Shown here in pieces: positions 11,215 through 23,200 of a stretch of 64,000 nucleotides of DNA. Under the pieces are notes generated by a model. It was not told the DNA's origin, searched no databases, and was given only the letters and a program-made list of their open reading frames with translations. Every line of letters begins with the position of its first letter. The stretch's first letter is position 1. Origin of the DNA: Ophelia neglecta (Eukaryota); NCBI GenBank assembly GCA_965285935.1, contig OZ260664.1, positions 81,468,001 through 81,532,000 on the forward strand, read 5' to 3'. The position numbers were made by a program, and so were the translations under genes.

Positions 11215-14200
11215 TTATTTTCCTGTTTTGTTTGATTTTTTCACTGGTTTCGGCTTGATTGCTGGCCTGCCTTGTATCGTTCCTTTTGGACATGTCCTTG
11301 CTGGATCCGGGCTTTCTGGCTCGGTATCTGATAAAACATTCCCAAATCTATCCACATTTAAGTACAAGTACTCTCCGGAAGCGCTCAATGTGCCACTCTG
11401 ACTCGTATTTTGATAGACATCATCACACCTGGTGTCTGTGGGCCCGGCTCCGCAATTATCACTCAAGTTTTCCCACTGCTGTGGACTTGGACCATTCACA
11501 TAATTTGCACCACTTGTATTCAGGCAGGGATTTGGATTCGGATCATCATCACACCTGGTGGCTGTAAGCTCGTCTCCGCAATTATCGCTCAAGTTGTCCC
11601 CCCCCTGTGGAAGTTGAACATTCAAATAATTTGCTTTTTTCCTGCGACTGATGGTATACTGCGGGCCATTGTGCACAGCTCGATCTGTATTGTATTCTGT
11701 TGTACAGGAATCTCTTAGCACGATGTGATTCAGTTGGTCTGCACTTGGAGGGTCAGTATTTTTGTTGTCAGTTGTGTTTTCATGTCCCTGTCTAATTAAA
11801 AAATTGAAAAAAGTTAGTAAAGCGTATAGGCCTCCGAAAAAAACAGAAACATTTAAATATTAATTCAAATAAGTTCTAACCAATGATATCAAATATTAAT
11901 TCAAATCTCTCAACACCTTGAACAATAGTAATACGAATGTATAAAGTGAAAAACAGGAAGCCTTTTTGCTGTATCAGATTGCACAATACTCAGTATTAGT
12001 AAACACCCAATATAGACTGGGGAACACGATTTTTATACTGTCACATCATAGGGGACTGGAGCAAAATGCATACCAGTATAATTTCAAAAAGTATACGATA
12101 TATAGCGAATTTCTTTCGTACTACATATTTAGAAGGTAAACACCCATTCATTTAATCGTGTTTTAGCCGCAATTGAGGTAGCAGACGGCGAGATAGGCCA
12201 TCGTCTTCATTTTTGGCCATTTAGAGGTAAAAAAGCGACCTTGGTGAAATGTCGACCAACATTTCTAATTCAGTCTCTATAGACCCTATACATGTTTAGT
12301 ATGCATATATCGATGCAGACTTTATTTCTTTATCAATGAGAAACGGCTTGTAACCATTTTACTGTCTGTAATGCTGGGCCCCTGGGAAGAACAGCAGCGC
12401 TGACAGGGTGTCCCAGGGTAAAGATTTTAAATAAATAAATAAAAACGCACCTGCAATAGTTTGTCCATCTGCTTAGATGTCCCCTACGCCATAATACTAG
12501 TAGTATGACTATGGCTATGACAATCAATGCAGTTACGCATCCAACAGCAATTTTCCATCCCTTAGAAGGAGTTGAAACTGAAAAGAGCATGATGCACTTG
12601 TCATTCAACCATTAATTATCATTCCATAACAGATGCCAATTGGTGAATGAGTTAAAATATCATCTTTTGCAAAAAACAGAGTCTTTGACCTTTTCCTCCA
12701 ATACTGAGTTCTCTTTAAAGCCAATAGAGATAAAAACGGAAGCGGTCGCGATTGTCCGAGTAAATAAAATGCCAAATTAGGATATTTGGAAATTAAGAAT
12801 AAAAAACACTGGGTATGTTCGTTTGCACGATAGAGTCGTTGCAAGTTTTTATTGCCACTGTTGGTCATCTGGCCCTTTTGGCGATGTGTCATTGGACGAA
12901 AGCCCCTGCTGTTCAATGATATGACGGTGTAGGTGACCAAAATCCCAATGATTTCTTCTAAGGTCTGTACGACTAAATTTACAACTCTTCCGAATGTTGA
13001 CAGTTTTGTTGGAAGATGGGTCCTTTGATTGTATATTATAAATCTCAGTATCCGACAGGGGCTTAGGGGATCCACAGGGTTTATGAAGAAATCATGTTTC
13101 ATTTAATGTACGATCTAATATTAGCAAGTGGTTGCTAACACACTAAAATGTTTGATAATTAGCATATACATATGGTGATATAATGATAAACACGCCAATT
13201 TTTATTATCTGGTAATGAACATGCAGAATCTAAAAACAACATATGGATACTAGTTTCATCATACAAACAGGTTCTGTGGTTTATATTGGGCCTATCCGTC
13301 ACGTTAGACTTTAGCAATTAACATGGCCTTTAATTGATTAAATACTTAATAATACGCATTCCTTGACATTGATTATGTCTCCAGAGATATCAGAAATAAC
13401 GAATTCCCAGATATCTTGTCTCGTTTGTAATCTTGTTACTCTGCCAACAGTAGAAGCCTTTCGTGGAACTACGAGAACTCCTCTCACAGTACAGTAGTCG
13501 CCGTAGGGGTTAGATGACCAACAGTGTTTACTTTTAAGAAAAAGAATCGCAGACGCCAAACTGCTTCTCAATATGTGGAGGCAGTGAAATGTATCTCACT
13601 ATAAAGGGTTAGATCTTTAACCTGAAAAATCCCAACTTACCATATGTAATTATTTACTCGCTGTTTCGTATGCACTTGCTCTAAGATTTGCAGACGGAAA
13701 TAGAGAGTATGTTTTAACGCAATTTGAAAATTGATATGCCTTATATATAATAGATAGTATAAGGTTGTTGATTCTCTCTTCTAAATTGTTTCTATGGTTT
13801 GCCTTGTAACGGAAGTTATACTCTCTTATGGTAGGTGTGCAGCTTGCCAGGGAAAATGGGGCAAGTCCCTCCTGTGCAAATGATTTCACTTTTTTTCGGA
13901 TTCACTAGACGACATGTAGAACCTTTTTGGCTGTGTTTCGGAGTAGTTTATTGAATGGATAGTAAGCAGTTACTATAAATATTCGATATTGTTAAAATAG
14001 GGTAAGGAACGGTTAAGTCATTTGAATTGTTAAAGATGACGATGAAGGTGTAATAGATAAACCTGTTGGGTATACACTCACCTGTTGTAGTGAATGTTTG
14101 AGATACATACTGAGTCAACAGACAGCCACCAGAGGTACATATAACAGATCGAACCCTGCAGTGGAATGTGTAATATTCAACTTTGAACGAACATTATGTA

Positions 14201-17200
14201 TTGGACGGTTTAATGCTTTTATACATCCAGGAGTAGTAAGTCACCTCATATGCTAGGAATAAAAGTACAGTGAAACCTGTGAATTAAGACCACCTAAGGG
14301 ACTGGAAAATACTGGTCTTATTATGGAGGTGGTCTATTTAGACAGGTTACTTTTACATGGAAAGTATGGTCTTAATTGCTAGGTGGTCTGTATGTAGAGG
14401 TGGTCTTTAAGGCAGGTTTTACTGTATAGCTTTAATTCCGCGATGCGGAAAAATGAACCTATTCAAGCCGACCCTATTTATGGTTTACCTGTACGTGCGT
14501 CCAGGGTGGACATAACCATTGCAGTATTGGGTGTCATTATACTCAGCACAGTCCCCGTCACTTCCTATAACAGTTGGAACATACTCGGGATAGGGAGGAC
14601 CTTCTGTAATAAAACATTTGATAGGGAATGGAGGGGACAAAATATTGTCATTGGTTTGCGATATTTACTTAGCATGAATAAAGCAAAATTGTTTTAATAA
14701 GGTGAGGTATGTCTGAAAATTATTCCCTAATTGTGACTAACCTGACGCGGACATTGGATTCCAATTATCTGATGTAGCTCTGTAGGCTGGTATTGGTTTG
14801 ATCGACTTCACACTAAACCAACCAGGATACTGATCATTTAACTCTGCCAGGCTTCCAATGGTTGTCATATTTTCAGAATCTACCAAATCTAAATTTAAGA
14901 ATAACTTATTGCTTTCTTTGAAATTAATATAGCGACATCAAGCGCACAATAACTGTACGTGTTTGAAACCTATTAACCAGGAAGCAGCCAGCAAAGTTAT
15001 AGTTTTAAGAAAAACAATAGGAACAGGTCAATACTCAGGTGTTTTTAATAGTCTGGGGACTGATGGTCTTTCGGTTATCAGCTTTTCTAACCAATTTGCA
15101 ACATTGAAGGGAATGTCTGATAATATTTGTATTGGACATTACACTCGTTTGCTGGTGTATTTATATCACTATATAGTTTTCTTTTCTGTCACCTTAATGT
15201 TATTATAAATATGTATTTTGCTGGTTCCTACGATAGCGATTATTTTCAAATCTTGGTAGGAGTCACACCTGTCCATGCATTGTACATACTTAAAAAACGT
15301 TATATTTTGCCTTATATCTGGCTTAATAAAAAACTTCTGAATCTGACCAAAAAAAGAATCTGTATGATGTATGTATTTGTATTTATGTATGTATATTTTT
15401 GTATGTAGTTTATTAAAGCAATCATGCGTATTGAATATAGTACAATGATCATATTAAAACCAATAACTTTAGGATAAACAACCAATACATAAAATGTGAT
15501 TAACAATGAATGACTAGAAGGTAATATGCACATTGAAATTGGTTAGATTGTTCAAGGTCATCATTGAACAGTATTTTCATTATGCTCTGCGAAACTATTT
15601 TAAATTAAACAGGCACCAGTTGTTAAGTTTATGCTCTATTAGTTAGTACAATGTGGAGGGAGCACATTGGTAACAGGCTTGATGCACTTACTTTCTTCGT
15701 CTATAACTATTAATGCAATCAGCAAGATATCTCCATTCCTATCATTAGTGATGAATTCTGATGATATTTCCAATGCAAATTGTTTATAACTGTCAATAAC
15801 TTCTGCGTCTGATTTCTTCACCGACAATTCTCCCTTTTCCTCACTTATAGAAGACGGGGCTATGGAAGAAATGCAATTGTCTCAGTATCTCTCTCTAAAC
15901 GATAAATTCTCAGACAAACTCATAATATGATTTATTTTTTATTACTAAAAACCCTGCTCCTAAACTATTATACTGTTATCAATAACCTAAAAGGAATTAC
16001 CGAGCGAAAACGTATCACTATTAAGACTACAGATGTGAAAGTGAAATGCGATCTTGAAAAAAAACTAGAAAATGAAGCTAAATTCTATTTTGATAACTTT
16101 AAAAGGAGAAGTTAAATTGGACATTGAATAGGTAATGGTGATAAACGAATCACCTACAACATATGCCAGATGATACGGTTTGGCTCAAAGATCCCATGCC
16201 AAACCCAGCTGAAGTTTTCGCAAAAACCTAAAAGGTTGTATTTCTACACTTCAAAACCAGTTTTTCTTAATTGCTATTATTAATGTTCGACGGTTATCAT
16301 TCGCACTAAATAGTCAGTTCAATACTCGAAGAAGAACAGTATGGATTTGAGATACATGTTCATAACTTATCGTTGAGAATTCCATCTGTTTTAAATTTGA
16401 CAATGATGTAAGAACACATATAAGGTTTTTCTCGATGTGTACTTGGTTACTTGGTTACCCCATTGCCACTGCAACTGCTACATAGTTATGATTCCCCAGG
16501 TCGTGCATGAACACTAGTGATAAAATACGTTCCAAATTTTACAAAATTCCACGTTTGATAAGACGAATAATTGACTATCTTGTAATATGCACCCACTTGA
16601 AAAACGTAAGTTAAATTATTGGGGTCAACGTTGATGGTTGCCGTGGTCGTCGACTCTCCAATGAACTCCTCTTCAATATTCAGGCTAGGTGACTTAAAAT
16701 GAAGAAGTCATAGGTAAAAACTTCATCAAAGGGTTTTACGTCCGAACTAAAGCAGATTACCTTATTGGGCTAAGTTAATGCATACTGGAGGCATATAAAC
16801 TTTCACCTTATTGGGCTAAGTTAATGCATACTGGAGGCATATAAACTTTCATCGTAAAAGCTAATTTAATTTAATTTATTCGCATTAGGTTTATTCTTTC
16901 TATTGTGCTTGATGTAGGGAAACTCCCATTGCTACAGAAAAGTGACTTGTTAACATCAAAACTCCAAAACGTTGTATTTACGCTTGTACTTCCTGTCACT
17001 TTGTACCCTTGAACTACGCCATGTTTGTCATAAATGCCAAGCTCCGACCAATAAAGGTGCACAAGGAAACATTGGTTTTGATTTGATAGACTATTGGCAT
17101 TGAAGTTTTGTACTGCATTTGGAACTGAAATGACAAAGCAAAATCACATGGCTGTATGAAGTTGTACTGGCTTAATGGGAAATAAATTAAGAACAAAAAG

Positions 17201-20200
17201 GAAAGTCAAGTATACACAATTATATACCATCTTCCTTAGTAGTACATCCGGCAGTATTTGTTCCAGGCGTCACATATTCCCAGTTGTTATTTTCAGGGTC
17301 AGTGGTTGAGGCAGATACGGAGACATGATATTCCCAATAAGGCCGAAGACCTCCGTATGATGTTTCGGTGCTGCTAAAACCTGGAGAAGGATGACACAAC
17401 GGCACTAATTGAGGTACATAGCATCACCATTCGGCTTGTTACCCAGACGGTCGAGCTTTAAAACTATTTGTTCGATGCATTCTTAGTGCTATTGAAGTAA
17501 AAATAAGTAGCTGAAGAAAAAAAGCAAAAATACCATCAACTACTTTAGTTTGAAGAAACATCCTATGATAAACATCGTATATTGCGATTTGATACTGAAC
17601 GTGTGGTCCGGTGGGCACTGCTCCCTCCTCGAGTGTCCAACTTGTATGTAAATCCGTAGGGCTTGTGGCGTTGGCGGTTATGTTTTGTGGGGCATATGGG
17701 TCTGAAAGAAATAATTTCACCTTAAAGTGGGGGTTTGACTTATTACTTTGGGAAAAAAAGGATCACAATAAAACTATTGAAGCAATAAATTGAGGTATGG
17801 GAAAAAAACATAATATAATCACAATATCATATTTTAACTGAGAAACAAATCGTAGCTCAGGATTTGATCTTTTGAACTCATCTGAAATAAGTTGATTGGC
17901 CTTCTTGAACTGAAGTAAATTGAAGGAATTTGAATTTGATAATTGGAGATCAAAGGGCCAGTAAAATGTGGAATAATAGCAAAATGGAAAAAAACCTACA
18001 CCCAACGAGTGTTGAAGCATTGAACTTGCAGATTGGCCCCTGACCAATACTGGTCCAAGCACTGATCTCAAACATATACGTTGATGACGGAGCAAGGTTC
18101 TCAACATGTAAAGTTGTTTCGTTGGTTGTCACTGAGCCATCTGTATCTGGATATACCGGACTTTTCCAGCTAACGGAATATTTGGTTATGATCCCATTGG
18201 TTGGTTCTGGTGGCTCCCATACCAGAGATATATTCCGGAAGCCTCTGTTCGCGATTTCTTCACATTGCATCAAGCCAGGGACTGCAAAAATCAAAGCATG
18301 GTCATAATTCGCAGAACATATTTTCTGAACTTCGATATAAACGATACTAATTGAATTTACGTGACCATCAATGATAACCAGTCTCCCTCATTAATCTCTT
18401 AACATATGATCAGATTTGCATTTTTGTCAACTAAAGATTAGGATCCATGTTAATACTAAATGCATAACTGAATAAATGCCGAATTGGGAAAAAAATGCCT
18501 GTATAGTATAGCCATTTTTTTTCTTATTTCCGTTTGAAAGGTTTTTAACAATACAAAACCAGCTTTTGACTTTTCGAGCGAGCTTTCTGAAAAGGTGCGC
18601 CTACCTTTACATAAAGAAGAATGAATAAAATATACCCCATTGTTTAGTTGTAACCATTTCCGATTGCTTCCCTTGCCCTTCGCCTCCTGGGTTAGTAGCT
18701 GACACAGATGCAGTGTATGTGGTATACGGCTGCAGCCCGGTCACATTTAAATCCAGCTTTGTTGCTGGAACCGTCTCATTAGAAATGTCATTGCCTAAAG
18801 ATGATCGTGTCCTAACCGTGTAATTGACTATATTTAAACTGTTGTCTGGTGGTATCCAGTTGATCAGAAATGACCAAGGTTCAACGTATAAGTCTCGGAT
18901 GTCAACAGATTTGACCTGACCAGGCACTATAAATTGATATAAATATTTCTTTATTACTCTTATTATAAAACATTGGGCAACTACCGAGCAACTATCATGC
19001 CTTATGTGTTCAGGAAGAAATAAATTGCACGTACATGTCCAACTTCTGTCCGTATTTGATTTGCTATTCTCTTCTAAGTTGTCATAGTATCTAGCCGATG
19101 CTGCAATGCTACAAAAGTATTCTGCATTTTCTTCTAATGCTCCTATTTCCATGTAGGTTGTGTAGCATGAGACTGGGTCATTTACAATAGTTGGACCATT
19201 AAGCAGATGCTGATGTGTTATTTGTAAGTCAGTACATTGTGCAACACTGGGATCCATTATCAAATTGTTGTCTATTAATAAAGCTATGGCTGAGATATTC
19301 AGCGGCTGGGCAATAAAGCTCACTGGTGGCAGAGGCTCTATATAAGGAAAATACAATATTAGTGCTATAATAAATGTCTCATCCCGTGTTTGATATTGAT
19401 CATCATGTTAGTTCGGGTCAAAAGTAAAGTTAACAAAACACACATTCAATCATTTCATATCAATAATGGGCGTTAAGAGACAGTGTTGACACGTTAAGAT
19501 CGACTGTATGAAGCTGACTGTATGACTGCTGAAACAAACTATACCAACTGGTGACGGATGCCACAGGTTTTGCTGCCGCCATATCGTCGTCCAGTGTAGT
19601 GGTTACCGTGACGTTGTACAAAGCTCCAGCGGTAAGGTTTACACACGAACCTGTGGTAGCATCTCTGCCGACCACAAGCCGCTGGGGACTGACTGCCCCA
19701 AAGTGACCTAGGCAGTCAATAACAAACCCACCATTGACCCCATTCGGCAGAGTCCACGACACATTAATGGACGTTTCTGTGGTAATTGTTGATACTGATG
19801 TAGGTGGATCTACCTCTGCGTTGGAAACAAAAGCAAAGAAAAATGATCAATCTTAAATTATGATAGGTTTACCTTTTCGTACTTAATAAATGTATGTTTT
19901 ATATAGAACTAGCAGCAACCATACGAATGGAGAATGCAAGCGATTTTTATGATATGGGTTGATATGACATAGGCAAGTTTCCTTGAAATGTTGCTAATTC
20001 TAATGTTTCAATGTGTCATTTTTGTCAACATTTATTATAGATCACCATTACTGGTATTTCTTCAATTCACACCGGGTTTTTAAGGTTGTGACCTGACGAG
20101 TTTCAATATGAAGATATATTGCCAAATTATGGCAACGTGTCGGGATTCTGATTACGGGACATACGGAATAAGGAATTAGAAAAAAACTTCATGTACCAAC

Positions 20201-23200
20201 TCGATTGGTTTGCTGCCGGGGAATAGGGAGCCCCACGGCCTATTTCCAAAACCACTTTCTGGTGGAATTGTGTCCAAAGCACCAATTATGAAGGATTATA
20301 TTTTTCTTTTAGATTAGATTGAAGTTCTATATATCGCGTAACAATGAGAAAATTAATGCATGGTGACCCTAGATACAGTGTTAACATATCATACTTAACC
20401 AGTTTGTCATGCGAGCAATAATTAATGGTTGATAGAAATTTAAAAAGGGCTCACTTGTTGTACAGTTAACGGTGGTAGAAGTAGAACTGACTAGTCCCAA
20501 ACTTGATGAAAACACATCCAAGCTGTATAAAGAACCGGGTAACAGGTCGTGTAGTTCAGTATTCTGGGTATCATTATTCCTATTCGTGTCATTCAATGTA
20601 AGCATTGCCCCTGGGTCTCTATCATCCGTATAAACCACAATGAATGTGTCCATGAGATTAAAATCCTCAGGAACAACAGTGATGGTCAAGGTAGTAGTAC
20701 TGGAGTTCAAACACGAGACGGATAATGGTGGCTTGGGTTCTGTTAAATTGGGTTGAAATATTAGATAATTATTCATATAGTACTAAATACGATGTATGAT
20801 ACTTGATAAACAGAGCAAAATCATCAATTTAGAATATTATATATAATCAGTCTGAAAGTATCAAGAACCAGCAGGCACAGGAACACTAATCCCCAGATAC
20901 CCAACAGTGATACATCGCTTGCGATAAGTTTCTACAGTTTTTTACGATGCAAGTCAGAGCACAAGACAAATGAGCAAGTGTTCAACGAAAGGAGAAATGA
21001 AATATCACATACGAGATTCCATTGCGGATAAATAACTGCGAAACTAATTTGGGCTCAATAAAGACAAAAACAGAAAAGGATGTCGAGGGTCCCTGCAAAA
21101 GTAGCACTATATTCAACGATAACTATAAGATCTGCGTAGTTACAGGCTTATAGCTTCAACCAATGGCAGTTCTATTTTCATGCAGCATAACTTAACCTAC
21201 TTTACCTACTAAAAAAGAATATTTGGCATGATTCTATCTCAGACAAAGGTCCTTGTTGATAATGCGTTAACCAAGAGGGTACGTCTCCTAAACCACTTTT
21301 ACCATTAATTAAGAATAAAACAAGTAACAGTATAATATATTAAAATTACAAACGAGAATGGAAACCCGTCAGAAAAAATCAAATTCTTGATAAAGAATTG
21401 TTCAACCAATCGGTCCGAAACAGAAATAAAATAGCTCTCGGGAGTCTACGAATGACAAAGCTTTCTCACAAATGTGACACTGTCCGATAAAATTGCTTCT
21501 AAAAACACAAGACCAGAGAAGGATACGAAACGCCCGTGTATACTAAAGAGGAAAAGGGTATAAGAACTCCTCGATGGTACAATACATGTTTTCTGTGTAA
21601 ATTTTGGCAATCAAAGTTTAATTGTGAGTGCCCATGTGCATCTGCAATATACGATGTTTCATATCAGTATGAACCAGATGCTCCAAGAATGAATGTAACA
21701 GATCACTATAAGGCACGGCAGTCTTATACTGCATAAAGTAAAAGAGTTGAATTTAATCGTTTTAAATTATCACTATGTAGGAAAGCTTTGTTTTAAAATC
21801 GATAAATTATGACCAAATGAGTGATTTAAACGTATCCATTACCTGTTTGTTGTAGGGTACTTTGCGCCTCACTTTCCAATCCTCCACTTAATGCCACGAG
21901 GGAAACATTATACCATTTGCCGCTTATGGGCAAATCCCACAAGTGAGCGGTATCAATGCCATTAGTTCCAAAGCTAATATTGACATTCGGCCATTTTTCA
22001 TCTGATACTAGAACACTGAATTCGTCAACAAGTCCTGGCTGGTTCCAAACAAGAAATAAATGGTTCGAGCCTCTCTCCATCAGGGCGATGTCTTCTGGTT
22101 TTGATGGCCCTAAATGATGAATAATGTTAATATGTCGGTTTTATCATAAATCATAAACTTCTATTAAAGATATGAATGTGAAATGTCTATAATTAACTGC
22201 TTTATTCGGAGCAATAACTTTTATTTAAACCGTATGTATATTTCAGTTCAGCCATATATAGTGACAGTCTGTAGGGCCTCTAATGAATTTTTCAATCCTT
22301 TATTCTTTTTAATTTTCAATAGGATATGTACCGAAGGTTTCAACCCCAGTATATGACTAGCTGAAATGCTGATGGTAAATCATGGGATAATATATAGTAA
22401 TAAGTATTGGCACGCCTATTCACAATTTAACAATATGTATGCTAGTCGTAATGGCAGACAGCATTAATGTTTCTGGGCATAGTTCATTTATCAATAAAAC
22501 TTCCTTGTCATATGAAAAATACGCTGTCAAAACAAACAAAACTTATCTCGAAAGTAATTATTTGATGTCACATATATCCGTTTTATCAGAGGATTTTACT
22601 CTTACTAAATGACTATACGCCTGCGGGAAGTATTTGATGTTATTGACAGAATCGTAATTAAATCAACCGTAGACCGAACCATATTATGCGAATATGGGCC
22701 AGGACACTGGAACTCGCCACCATATATGCCTGTGGTTTAGACCCGCGTTATAGCGTCCACATTAAGCTGTTGGAAAGTCACCAAGAATTAATGCTTGGAA
22801 GTCATATTCATGGTAGACGTCTGCAGTTATATCTTTTAAATCAAACAGGTTCCTATTGAAGACCCAGATTTTCCCCAGGATACAATATTCGTCGTTTTTA
22901 CTATCTGACTGAATGACAATTGTTCAACATTTCAAATCTTATGTCACCATCTTAATAGTAACACGAACTATAGCGCTTTTCGGTATCTGCGAAGTTCTGA
23001 ACCCCACAAAACATGTTTAAGTGCTCAGTTGAATGACACAAATAAGAGACAATATAATATGAAATATTATTGACTGAACTTAATGAAGTATTTTTTGATA
23101 AGTTCATGCACTGTGTATTAATCAGAGATGACTTTTTGAAGATTTTAAACTTAAACAAGATATCATGACAATAATAAATCGCAAATTTTGTTTTAACTGG

